A DNA stretch of 64,000 bases from positions 78,913-142,912 of the forward strand of contig QPMI01000474.1 in NCBI GenBank assembly GCA_004431415.1, given 5' to 3'. Shown here piece after piece: positions 38,594-50,778 of this stretch. The notes beneath the pieces are model-generated. The model did not search any database. It was given only the letters and a program-made list of their open reading frames with translations, and was not told the DNA's origin. How positions within the stretch are numbered: position 1 is the first letter of the stretch; every line of letters begins with the position of its first letter. Origin of the DNA: Cyanophora paradoxa CCMP329 (taxonomy: Eukaryota > Plantae > Glaucophyta). A program made the position numbers and the translations under genes.

Positions 38594-38702
38594 AGTTCCT
38601 AACTTGTTCCTACTAAAAGGGGAGGTTTTAAATGGGGAATTCTGAACACAAAATTTGATGAAAACTACTTAAAGAAATATCTTCTATATATATAAAAGGA
38701 CA

Positions 38703-39396
38703 ATGGCAGAGAAGAAATCGTATTGCCTGGAAAAGCTCAAAGCGGCTTTAATGTTGCTTTGTGGATCTGATAACTTCAATGATTATGTTGCTCTTGGAAG
38801 TAACAGGAAACCGCTCCCTCTTTGGGCAAAGCTTGCAAAATATGGATTAAGTGACTATGACCTGCCTCCAGAGTCTGAGCATTGCGCCTGTGATCATCCA
38901 ATTAAAGAGCAATGCTATATTCTGCATGTTAATAAAAAGATTGTGGTCATTGTTGGGAATTGCTGCATTTTACGATTTATTCCGAAGGGTGCCAGAGGTC
39001 AAGATATATGTGAAAGATGTGGAGATCGCATAAAAACCGAAAGGATAATTTCTGTAATAAGTGCAGAATCGCTTTAAAGCAAGAAGAACTGGAAGAAAAA
39101 GAGAACTTGAAAAACAAGAGGAAGCTCGAAAGAGGCAGCTTGAATTAGAAGAAAGAGAGCGAAGAGAGAGAGAATTAGAACAAGAAAGAGCAAGGAATAA
39201 ACATGCAGTTAATCTTTTCCTGATTTGGTGCAACCAATTTATTCCGAAAATGGATAATCTTCGCAGAGATGATATAGAGAGGTTCAGAGAGGGCAGATCT
39301 GCATTGATTGAAATGTATGCAGAACTCAGTACAACAAATACATTGGTTGCTGGGTTTCAGGTGCCTTATCTTAAAAAAGATATCGCAAAAGATTAG
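38703..39396 (+). CDS. hypothetical Cys-rich Zn-binding plus coiled-coil protein (one frameshift)
   Basis: CACDHPIKEQCYI...VGNCCI and CERC motifs, preceded by a conserved AT-rich motif. Confidence 0.6.
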
Positions 39397-39570
39397 ATTG
39401 CAGATGGAATAAGGACAAGAAAACATGGGAGACCTTGGAAATCGAACCATTTGTAGCATTGCTAGGTAAGCATTTCAAACTTATGTATATTGAGCGATTT
39501 GGACAAAGAGGTTAGAGAACAAAAAATGATTTAAAGAATTCTCTATATATATTAAGAGAGACAGAGGAAA

Positions 39571-39813
39571 ATGCCACTCAGTGAAGCCCAGAAGAGAGCT
39601 ATGAAGAGATACCAGCAAACTGAAAAAGGTAAGGCTCAAATCAAAAAGTTTAACGAAAAAATAGCCACACAGCTTAGAGATCTATATCAAACCGATGATA
39701 CCTATAGAGCAATGAAAATAGCAAGTTCATGTCAGCGAAAGTATGCAGCCAATGCAGTCTGCTTTGTCAAGTATTTGTATGATGTCCCTTACTCAAATAG
39801 AGGAGAAAATTGA
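39571..39813 (+). CDS. small basic hypothetical protein
   Basis: Intact 80-aa ORF MPLSEAQKRAMKRYQQ with the same upstream motif. Confidence 0.65.
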   Translation: MPLSEAQKRAMKRYQQTEKGKAQIKKFNEKIATQLRDLYQTDDTYRAMKIASSCQRKYAANAVCFVKYLYDVPYSNRGEN

Positions 39814-40031
39814 AACATGTCTAAATTATTTTTCCCAGCATATTACTAGGCTGGGGATATGCTGTTTATTCGCTGAAATACCCATTCATCCTTTTGTATC
39901 TAAACCACTCGATATATCATGTGGATAAATTCGTAGGGATACTTTCTCGATTTCCAACAAAAATGATTGGGGACCCAAAACTACTTAAAGAAAAATCTTC
40001 TATATATATAAAAGGGACCCGATCGCTGAAA

Positions 40032-42303
40032 ATGAACGCCAAACAGACTAAATCGCTCAAATCGCTCGCTAACTGGCTCAGATCTGATGAGGAACTGTCC
40101 AAAAACATGATTATCCCAGTGAAACCTGACAGCAAAGACCCTGTTTTCAAGCATAAGGAGGTGCATGGTCCTGGGAAAAGTATGAGGAAGCGCTGGCAAC
40201 TAATCATATGTATCTTGGGGCATTCTGCTCTCAGACAACATGATGGTTATTGACTTGATGATGAGGAGGACTTTGAGAAATTCCGGGATATGTTTCCTGA
40301 TGACTTTGATGCCAATCAGCCATGGCAAAAACTAAAAAAGCTATCATGTCTACTTTAAACGACCTGAGAGTTCAATAAACTCAAAATTACCGATAAGCTC
40401 CTGGCTTTAAAGGCTTGAGAAGGTTGACCTGAAAACAATCACTGGAACTGGAACTTCTGACTGATCAATGTGTGTCCCAGTGTGAACAAGGCTTGGTAAT
40501 CTCCCCATGGGATGATACCTGTGATTTCAATGAGCCTACTGATGACTTCAAAAAGTGGATAATAGATAACTACATCTATAAGAGTGAGTATACTGCTAAT
40601 GCTACCTCACATGATGAACTGGAAAACAATATTATCAAAGAGCTGGTGGATATGGATTTATGCATCCCAATATAATCTCTAAAACTGAACTTGGCTTTAA
40701 CTTGATGCTGCTAACAAGGGACTCAATTGCCCATGCTGCAATGGTTCACATGAATCGAATAACTGGTATGTATGAAAGCTAAAGGAGATGATAACAAATA
40801 CATTGTGTCAAGCTACAGTGGAAATTGCAAAAAACGATTCATCTGCATTGGAATGCAATCTGATATCTTCAATCTTATAGATAAATCCGCTGTTCTGGTG
40901 GCGCTCATTATGATGTGAGTTTAGTATGCAAAGAGGTTCTTAAACATACTGGAGATACTCCAAAAAGTCATGGTTCAAACTCAATACTGATACTGGATTT
41001 GGAGCATGATGACACAAACCTAAAGATTTACCTAGATATAACCGTCTTGTTGTCCCCAATACCTTGGAAGGCTGTGCATTATAGTCAAAGAGCTTTAAAG
41101 GATGAGGAAACAAAGCAGCTTTCGAAGAAAGATCCAAAACATTGATGACCATTGCCAAAAATCTTAAACAATCAGGATTTCGCAAATCCCTTCTGACTGA
41201 CTTGTCCCACTGCTGAATGATGATGAATCTTGAGAAATTGACACAGTTCCATATGTATTGGATCGAAAATGTGTATTTGATCTGACCACTATGACTTTCA
41301 GAAGGTAAACTGGAAGATATGGTGAGCAAGACTGTGGTTATGACTATACTGAAAATGTAGACCCAAGAAAATAGAGCATCTCAATCAGATTTATAAAGAG
41401 ATTGTGGATGATCCAGCAGAGCGAAAGTATCTTCTGGCATCCATTGCAATTGCCCTTAGTGGATCAACTAAATCCAGAAGTTCTATATGTGACTGGTGCT
41501 GGTGCTAATGGTAAATCACTGTTCAGGAATACTGCAAACAGATATCTGTCGCTATTACAGCCTCTCGAAATATCCTATTGGACTAAGCCTAAAAAGAACT
41601 CATCAGAGCTACTCCTGAACTTGCCAAACTCCTTGGAAAGCGACTTGTATTCAGTAATGAGGCTGAAGATGTGATAAACTGCAGATCTCCAAATTAAGGA
41701 GGTCACAGGTGGAAATGAAATGACTGTGAAGCCTTGTTCAAAGACCAGTTATCCTTACCCCAATGTTTCAGGTCTACATTACAACTAATGACAATTTGAC
41801 TATAAATAAACCAGACTTTGCAATTCAAAGAAGACTTTCCTATCAGAGATTCAATAATATATTCAAGAGAAGCCAGAAGCTGGTCAAAAGAAGCTGACCC
41901 AACTCTGTTCACACTTCTACACAATGATGATGAGTATAAGATGGCTCACATGAAGATATTACTGGATATGTGGAAACAAAGAGGTTGAAGAGATCTTAAG
42001 AAGTCCCCCTCAATCGATTATTGACAGGGAATTAACTTTATAGCTGAAAATGATAGATTGGTGAATGGCTTCGAGATAATTTCGAGGTTACACATAATGC
42101 TAACGACTTTGTTTCCAGTGATATCATTACAAATCATACAAAGTGTTGATGATAAAGTTGAATGTGTATCTGTTATGAAAAGAGTAAGGAGATCTTCAAT
42201 GTTAAATCAAAAGAAAACGAGTTATGGTATTCTTGCCAGAGGATATATTGGATTCGAAAGATAACAAGGTTCAGAAGACAATGAAGATGATGCCGAATAT
42301 TAA
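40032..42303 (+). CDS. bifunctional primase-polymerase fused to a D5-like SF3 helicase, heavily frameshifted
   Basis: IIPVKPDSKDP, VIDLDD and YHVYFKRP (PrimPol-like). Walker A VTGAGANGKS at ~41490-41520. KEVTGG motif at ~41700. Confidence 0.8.
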
Positions 42304-43045
42304 AGAAAACGATTAATGATGAGATTTACATATATTTTTATAGCTTACTGAAAATGGTTTGTGTGACAGGTGTGACAGTCCATCCAAGAAAGCCTGGTGA
42401 AAAGTTGATTTTCAAAATCGATGGATAGACCTGTCACACCTGTCACACCTGTCACACCTATCGAAAAGACCAAAATTTGACAAGAATACTTAAAGCTTAC
42501 TTGATGTGTATAGTGAAGACAAAATGCAAAACTCTTGATGAGATGACCATGAATGAGTTAATAAATGCATAAAGCATGGAGATAGGGCATATATCGAAAT
42601 GTCACAGAGATTGATAGGTTACAATATGTATGCAGCAAAACCAAAGAGAATAGATCAGTAACATTCACATAACTGTTTCAGTGTCTGAGAATGCAAACAA
42701 AAAACAACAAAGCATATTTACAAAGTTATCTGTGACTTGCAATTGATTGCAAGTATAAAGCCAATTCCTTGTATATATTTTATAGCTGCCTCAGTGCATA
42801 CTGAGACCGCTTTTGCTCAATTATCTATAGACCTGGGGTCCATTGCTACTATCAGTAGGCAAATAATATTTAATCGGTCTCCCTCTGGGTCTCTGCTCCT
42901 CTTTTTGGCTTTTTGCGATAATAGGATGCCAGGGCTTGCTTTTTATACTCTCTATATGCTGGGTCCTCTATATCGTTTCTGCATTGCCAGAATGTGTCTT
43001 ATAGACCCCTCAGTAACAGGTTCATCACTGGTAAACTCGATTAAA

Positions 43046-43315
43046 CTAATAGTGTCCTCCATTTATATTCCAGAGAAAACGTTTTCTGCTGCAGAGAACT
43101 TCTCCTTGGATACTCCTGTTGCTCATATGTATACTCTGTGGGTCTGCTGGCATTGACTCCACAGAAACTGTTGATCTCCTTCTCTCTCTTGCCTCAGATA
43201 CATTATCCTCAGTATCTGACATCTCAAACTCTATTGTTGTGTCACAGCATCCACTGTGGCAATTGCTTACCACATGCAGACTGAGCATCTCAATAAACTT
43301 TCGTATTATATCCAT
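43046..43315 (-). CDS. hypothetical viral protein
   Basis: 89-aa ORF with an AT-rich upstream region, in a run of minus-strand genes. Confidence 0.45.
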   Translation of the reverse strand: MDIIRKFIEMLSLHVVSNCHSGCCDTTIEFEMSDTEDNVSEARERRRSTVSVESMPADPQSIHMSNRSIQGEVLCSRKRFLWNINGGHY

Positions 43316-43336
43316 GTCTCTAATAAAACAGAGAAA

Positions 43337-44060
43337 TTAAAGCCAAACTCGTCTTTTATATACTGTGGGAGCTACTCCCTTTCTACTTCAGTTTTAGTGG
43401 CACCAGGTTCAATGGTTCCCTTTGGGTCTTTGTTTTCATTTCATCTACTGCTTGCTCATCGATTTGGTTCTCTTTCTTAGCAATAAACTGTTTATCTGGG
43501 ACACCAGTAATGCCCATTTTATAAACTTCTTTCGAAGCATCTCCTTTAGCTTGGCTCTCTCTTTCTTCTCAGTAACATACTGCTCCAAAGCACTGGATTT
43601 GGCTTCCAGATCTTTGAGTTTAGCAGTCATCTCATCCCATTGAGCCTTGGGAATTCGATGAATATTTTGAGTGGGAGCAGTCTTATATGTGACTTCACCA
43701 GCCATAGACTGAATTACCTTGTCTGATTCCTTACTAAGACCTTCACCTTTGCGAGCCAGTGAAGATCTTGCAAGCCTAAACCTTTATCATCAGCAGCACC
43801 AATAATTCGCCTGGCACCCTCAGCAACAGCTTCATTTTGAGCTTCTGGTGAGATGTTGAGTTGGTCACTGGTTGAAGCCTGTGGGGCTTTGTCATCGACT
43901 GATTCCTCATAGGCAGCATTAAGAGGGTCTTCTTGCTGTGAGGGCTTCACCTCATTCATACCATTGAATTTCATTGGTTCAGTATTAATGGATCCATTGT
44001 TTCCACCACCTGAATAGCCAACAGCCCCAGCTGGATCCCTATCTTTCGTTTGGGAGGCAT
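43337..44060 (-). CDS. hypothetical viral protein (coiled-coil C-terminus), frameshifted
   Basis: Fragments 43714-43974 and 43445-43705. TAATAAAG...ATG upstream at ~44060-44075. Confidence 0.45.
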
Positions 44061-44111
44061 TGTATCTTTATTAGAATGAGAGATAATTTTATAAACCGCG
44101 TTTATATCGCA

Positions 44112-44826
44112 TCAATTTATTGCTATGGACTTGGCTTTTCACTTCTTTAGGGGCTTCCTCTTTCTCTGGAGGTTTCAGTTCATCTTCTTTCTTTTTTGGC
44201 TTTCTGTGGAAGCGAGGAAATGGGAAATCTTTCACAAGCTCAGCTTTATCTACAATAGTATTTAACTGAGTTGCAGAGGACCAAATATATACTGATAGGA
44301 GTGAACATACTCTTCAAACATCTTGTAAAATCCTCTTTATTTCGCATTATATTGTATTCTTCCTCTATGGCTTCAAGTTCTTTGCGATTTGCAGCACTTA
44401 GAAACATGCATATCAGAATTAACTCGAATAGTCGAAGAGACTTTCCTTAGCTTTTTGTGATGCAGATAATGGATATTTTTCGAATGATCCAATATTTTAT
44501 CCTGTAATCTACTATCTCATTATCGATTAAATCATCTAAAAACACACATTGGTTAACAGGTTCCACCTTTTCTATTTTCTCTTGCCTCTCATCTAGCAAT
44601 TTAGCAATGTAAGGGGCATCCCTTTCCCAGTTGCAGTGTTGCACTTTATCCCAGAAATGATTGAAGCTGGTTCCACTCACAACTAATACAACATCAATCT
44701 TTTTGGCATCATGCACTGCTTCAACCAATACTTTACAGCTTCTGATTTACCAGTTGCTGATTTCCAATTGTGACTCGAAAGGGGGTCTATCATTTCACCA
44801 GCCACAAATTCATCCAAATCGTTCAT
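44112..44826 (-). CDS. FtsK/A32-like genome-packaging ATPase, frameshifted
   Basis: Walker A GKSATGKS at ~44745-44767. Walker B CVFLDD. IRVNSD arginine-finger-like motif. Confidence 0.8.
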
Positions 44827-44878
44827 TGGTATCTCTCTATAAAGAGACAGATAAAAATAATGCAGGAGACTGAAATGG

Positions 44879-45728
44879 TTTACAGGTTAGATAGGAAATC
44901 GTTTAATGCACCCTCAATATCAGTTTCGGTGAATGGGATTCTTAGGAGTTTGATATTATTAGCTTCACAGTACCGATTTTTAATTCCATCACGAATTTGG
45001 GTATCTTCAAAGGCCTTCTGACCTCCAAACTGTTCCACAGGTTTGAAATGTTGTATACCATCATATTCAATTGCAATTTTGAGAGATGGAATATAAATAT
45101 CGAATGGGAGAACTCTTTTATGCTTGCAATCAGGAAATCTGTGGATATTGAGAAGTCTAAACCAATTTCTTTTAGGGCTGCTTGAACTTTCGTCTCACCA
45201 ATAGACGATCTACATGACAGACAGCCATACCCATTGAGAAAATCACTTGGTGTCTTTTTGAATTCAAGATCACACTTTTTACAGATAATGGTAACTTTTG
45301 TTCTTGCATTAACATACTCACTTTAGATAAATCGTAGTTATCCCATAGAGTTTAAGCCTCTCTGTAATTTCTCAATCCCCATTTGCAACTTATCTTTGAT
45401 GCGATCCATTTTACATTTTGCATGCCCATCCATGCATGTGTTTGTGTGGCTTTTGATTGAAATACCTTGACATTTCTTGCAGAAAATTTTATAGGGTCAT
45501 CTCCTTAATATAAACAGATTCGAATAGTAAAGATCTTTATGTTTCGCTTCGCTCTTTGACAAACTCATGGTTAACCTATGCATTTTCCTTTTTAATATTC
45601 CACAAGGGACAGCCACATTTGTTTATGTGACTATGGGCAGCTTGAATAAACTCAGTGTTGCATTTGCATATATAATTTTTCTTCATTCCCCATGAAATTA
45701 ACTTTCGAATAATCATAATTTAGCCATG
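44879..45728 (-). CDS. Zn-ribbon repeat (DUF723-like) plus PD-(D/E)XK/Vsr-like endonuclease, frameshifted
   Basis: EYVNARTKVTIICKKC...GYGCLSC. SIGETKV...FDIYIPSLKIAIEYDGIQHF...KNRYCEANNIKLLRIPF. Confidence 0.8.
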
Positions 45729-45800
45729 CCTGAATAGCTTGGCTAGAAAGACTTAGAGTATAAGACATTTACTTTTGTAAATGATTTCAAAAATAAATAA

Positions 45801-47190
45801 TCATTTTTCTTTAAATGCCTTACGAAATGGTAACAATCTATAAATTAATTCTGCGTAAACCATCTTTGTCACAATAATAAAGCTATGCATGAGAGCGCGA
45901 ACATTAACATCGATTACCTTATCTGAAGGCATGTAGAGGGTGAGGAATGAAGAGGAGGAATTTGTTAAATCAACATAACCAGACTGGGCAATATTTCGAA
46001 TTGCCTTTTCTCCATCAAGGCAGAAGGATCCTGAAAGGACATAGCGATCAGCAACCTTATCCATGTTAGAGCATTTGAAGGCATCAGCAATTAGCTCAGC
46101 ACCTTTGAGTAGGGAAATTGGCTCAGTGGCAAAAAGTCGCTGACCATTTATTTCAGTTGTGAATGTTATCTTTGGAGTTGGCATAGGTCTTAAGAACACT
46201 GTGGGAGCCATTGGATTTGTCAACAGTTGCATTATCACGAACTGAAACAAGCAGAGCATATACAAGACCTGAGATTTGAGAGAGGTTAATTCGATTGGGT
46301 TGGGCATTGCCCTTGGCAGGGAAAGCACTAGCATCTACAAATCCAATATCAAGGGAGGGAATAGCCATGCCAGTAGTCTTAACTTTTTCAATTACAGTAG
46401 CGAAAAGCTCATCAGAAACATTAATAGCATGCATGTAAAGGCGAGGAGAAGTAATAGAAATACAGGGTTGTTGCACCAAGAGTAAAGTTGTGATGTTTTG
46501 ACCAACATTTGCAGAACAGTTTCAGCAGGGGCAGTTCCAAGACCATCATCTTTGAATAATCTACATCAGCTGCTGCAACAGTAAGACCACGACCACCATA
46601 GGAAGTTTCAACATAACCCTTTCCAGCATCCTTAAACCAAACAGTAACAACCATTTCACCAGATAAAGCACCAAGGGGAAGGTAGTGATTTAGCCAAGGC
46701 ACTGGATTTCAACAAAAATGAGCCACCAAGTCGGTTGGTTCCATGAGCAGGGATGCCATGAACCATGCCCATTGATCGTTTCTTTTTAGCTAGTTGATCC
46801 TCCGAATAATAGACCAGGGGGAAATGAGCAAGGAAATCAGATGGATGTAGGTGTAAGATCCATAGGTAATTTCAAGTCGCTGAACTAAAGCACCAACTGG
46901 GCGAGTGTATCCATTGCGAACTAGGTCAGTATCACCAGCAAAAGTGATGGCTGGAAGGTCGAAAGCAAGTTCGAGTTTTCCACAGAAATTGTAGCGAGGT
47001 AGCTTGAAGGAAATGCGATTTCCAACATTATTCTCAAAAGTATTGCTGGGATTCACAACAACTAGAACTGGCTTAGACTTGGATTCGAGACCAAGCATAA
47101 GGGAGTTATCCAGGAAAAAGGCTTTCGCCTCTCTGGGGTTGTTAGGGCTTCTTTCAGCGAAAGTCTTTGAAGAGTGGAAGTGATATCCAT
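45801..47190 (-). CDS. double-jelly-roll major capsid protein (putative), frameshifted
   Basis: About 450 codons, beta-rich. N-terminal NPSNTF...ISFKLPRYNFCGKLELAFDLP, YLPLGAL, C-terminal SGYVDLTN. Located between the ATPase and penton genes. Confidence 0.72.
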
Positions 47191-47293
47191 TATATTCTCT
47201 TTTATTATACTGCAACATAAAAAATCTACCAATGATCCTTAATTTATGCGAAGTTTGTAATAACTGGATAGGAAGGGTGAAGCTGCGACATTC

Positions 47294-48244
47294 TCATCTT
47301 AAAGTATTCATAAACTGGGTCCCAGCTGGCTCATCACCATAGCGAATTTCAAAGGTCAGATGAACAGGTTGACCCTCAAAATCAATTGGTTCATTTACAG
47401 CATTACAATATCAACCGAGAAAGTGGATAATCCAACCTTTTTATTATAGTATTTGTAAAGTGGATGAGCCTCTGTTGAATTGTAAACAACATGCTCACCA
47501 TATCTTTGTCAGGGACCACTATTTTTGGAAAGTAACCAGTCAGAAGACCATCCCCACATTGCACCAGATCACCCAGCTCCTTTACTCTCACAAACAAAAC
47601 ACTGTCCCTGGTCTTCTCAGGCTCAAAAGAAGATATAATGCCATTCACTCGACCACCAGTAAAGATTCCATCAGTGAGAGCATCATAACTGTGATTGGAT
47701 TGGGGAATTACCATATCTTCCAGGATCAAGACCAAGCAGTCTAGCTGAACTCAATAGCTTTTGGATTGTTTGTTGGCTTGGGTTACAGCAAGTGAGAAAG
47801 CCAGGTAAAAGGTACTGCTGAGTGGAATATAATTCGTTTCAGTGACTCATCCCATTTGCAGCGAATGGATGGTTGGGGATTTCTGCCTTCGAATTTAGAG
47901 TTAATTACATTCACCAGTTGTTGGTGGCTTTGGATGGGGGTTTCGCGACTTTAATGAATTGTTTCCATTGTTCAAGTCAGCAGCTGGGCGAAGTTGTTGG
48001 AATTCCTGAGCTTCCAGCTCCAGGAGTTTGTTCAGAATAATAAATACTAAATGTGTTGTCAACTGTACATCTCCTGCTTTGGTTTCACCACTCACCATAG
48101 GGATGCTGTTATAAAATTCGGCTGAGACCAGTCTCACAGCCCTCACATTCTCATAACTACTGGGAGTCTAGCCACAAAGCTTGATGTGGGACCATCACCA
48201 GAGATTGTATTAAATGAGCTAACCTCGATGTAATCCACAGGCAT
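47294..48244 (-). CDS. minor capsid (penton-like) protein 1
   Basis: YENVRAVRLVSAEFYNSIP at the N-terminus, VLFVRVKEL, and C-terminal PIDFEGQPVHLTFEI typical of PLV minor capsid. Confidence 0.72.
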
Positions 48245-48273
48245 TCTTCTTTTATCTATATTTATATATTAAA

Positions 48274-49200
48274 ATGAACCGGCTGTTAATATTGATAGCA
48301 GGGATAGAAGCCAAGGACAAAATGAAAACTCTTACAGGGTCACCCTCACAACTCCAGTAGAGAGACCAAGGGAATGCAGGGTTCTCTATGCAGAGATTCC
48401 AAACAGTATCTATAACAGTGTGGGAACTGATCATCTAACAGTTCAGTTTAATTACCAAGATGGTTCATACAATGAAATCATCACACAAAAGTGTATCCCC
48501 TTCCCAGTGGCTACATCAATCAGGGTCATTTTGGGGTCACACACCCTTATAATTATGGGCTGAACTATTCAAGCTTCCAAACCATTGCAGGCAAAACAGT
48601 AGCTTTTGAGTTCAAGATATTCTACAACCCAACTACCTATAAAGTGGAGTTTTACAGTAACCATGAGTTTCGTTTTATTGCAAGCAACCAGAGAATAGGG
48701 AAGCTTTTGGGTGTGAGTTCTACTGAATACACCACTGGGTATTATAGCACTCCTCCTGTTGGTGGATCTCCTATCGACCTGAGAACCTTTTAAAGTATGA
48801 TGGCAAACCTATTACACCTGATCACCCAGCATGGGGAATCACCTTCTCAGGACCCAGACTCTCCTCTAAGCCCTTGCAATATTATTTTGACAGCAGGAAG
48901 ATGTCTGATATGAATGCTGAGCAGTATCTGTACATGCATATTAAAGAGCTGCCCCTTTGCCAGCAGACACAATATAATTCCGAAATCGCAACCACATAAC
49001 CAGGGGCTATCCTTAGATTGCAATTGAGTAAAGATATAGGTGGCTATGTTTACCATAGTGGTGAGCATGCAGAATTTATTCAAATAAATGACAGAAACCT
49101 GGTGATAAGGGAACTCACTGTGGAGTTTAAAGATTACTTTGGTGAACTGATTGATATGAATGGAATCGATAATTCTTTTCAGTTGGAGTTTATCGAATAA
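48274..49200 (+). CDS. minor capsid (penton-like) protein 2
   Basis: IDSRDRS at the N-terminus, YLYMHIKEL, and C-terminal LTVEFKDYFGELIDMNGIDNSFQLEF. Confidence 0.78.
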
Positions 49201-50735
49201 AGGCACCTGTAAAGTCAACTCTCATTGTGGGAGCATTCACATACACAAGGGGATAAATGCGAATATATTTGATTCTGAGAAAACCTATGTAAAAAGCATC
49301 CTTGATGCTGAGAGGAAATCCACTCAATAGAGCCACATCACCTGAGTTGTGAGCATTGTTAATGTTCTCACAGACATATATTTTGTTTGCCCATCTGATC
49401 GAATAAAAGACCAGTTGATCCCATCAGTGGATGTTGCCACATTGAAAGTCTTAATAAAAGCATTGGTGTCCCCTGATCCATAGGCAATCACAGAAGAGAG
49501 TTCAAAAGTATATGGAAAAGCAACTTGAAGGTATTCAGTGGGGGTTTCCCATATCTGTTCAGGAGCATAGGCTCCAGCTTCCCAGCCAAATGCTGAAGGT
49601 CTAGCCATGAAAGGCTCTTTACCTGTCACAGAGGATGAGGCAGTAAAGGCATCATCTGCAAGCTGATACCAATTAGCATCCAAAGGAGGTGATGTAGTGA
49701 GAGTGGATGAAATGTAAGCCTTTGTAGGGTTCTTTAGTTCATAGTTTGCTACTAGAAGGCTGCAAAGCTTATTAATCATATCATTGTTTGCTGCTATGTA
49801 TGTTTCAGTGAAAGCAAGCATATCTGGGATTTTAGAAGTGTCATCCAGGGAGCTTACTATATGATTTGGAAGAGGACTGATAGCCTATAGTATCTCCCAT
49901 AATCCTGATCATAGTTGTAGGGTAACAACTCCTCCATCTTATCAAGGGCAGAAAGCTCACTTGCAGCCATGAGCATGTTAATCAATGGGCTTCCATCTGT
50001 TGAGGCAATCCATGAGAGAATGCCCCAGCTGTTACAGTCTCATAAGCATAACCCACATAATCAGACTCTAAATGTGGGTCCACCTCTCCACAAGAGATAC
50101 TTATTACTATAATATCATCATCATCACTGTAAATCTTCTTTGCATGGCTGTAACCACACACACTGGGATTATTGTTTCCCGAAATGGCACCATCAATGAG
50201 ACAGACAATACTCCCCGATTGAAATCAACAATGCTTACAGGAGAGAAATATGTAGGAGCAGCAGAAGTAGCCCTAGCAGCAATCTTACAAGGCATAAAGT
50301 TGTAATTGTTGTCATTTGTGATAAATATTGGTTTCATATTCTGAGTATCAAAGGATGTAATCACAATGTCCTTTAGGGAATCCTGTATTAGTGATTCACC
50401 AGTAACTGAATTGATTGCAGTCTCCAAGGGTCCCACATCATACTTTGTATTAAAAAGGGCATTTTCGATTATATTTCGAGGATTTGCGAAAATCAAGGGC
50501 AGTTGAGTTAGGTAAATATTGTGTAAATCGTTTGCTGTCAGTTTAGGTTCACCTGGTTTATCAGGATGCCTTATATTCAAACCTATTGCAATGATCCCAC
50601 CAGTGGAAGTTCCACTCACAAGATCCACAAGATCGATTATTCTCCTGCCAGTTCGATTTTCGATTTCTTTAGCAGCCTGGTTATGATAATGCCCCTTGCA
50701 CCCCCCGAAAAGACTTAAACGACCTTGAGAGGCAT
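49190..50735 (-). CDS. patatin-like phospholipase fused to a discoidin (F5/8 type C) domain, frameshifted
   Basis: GGARG, GTSTG, ARATSAAPTYF and IDGA...NNP. The patatin C-terminal helix runs in frame into EYLQV...FIKTFNVATSTDGINW. Confidence 0.82.
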
Positions 50736-50778
50736 CTTTTACTTATCAGGAATTTTATAAATCCATATAGTAAAAGCC

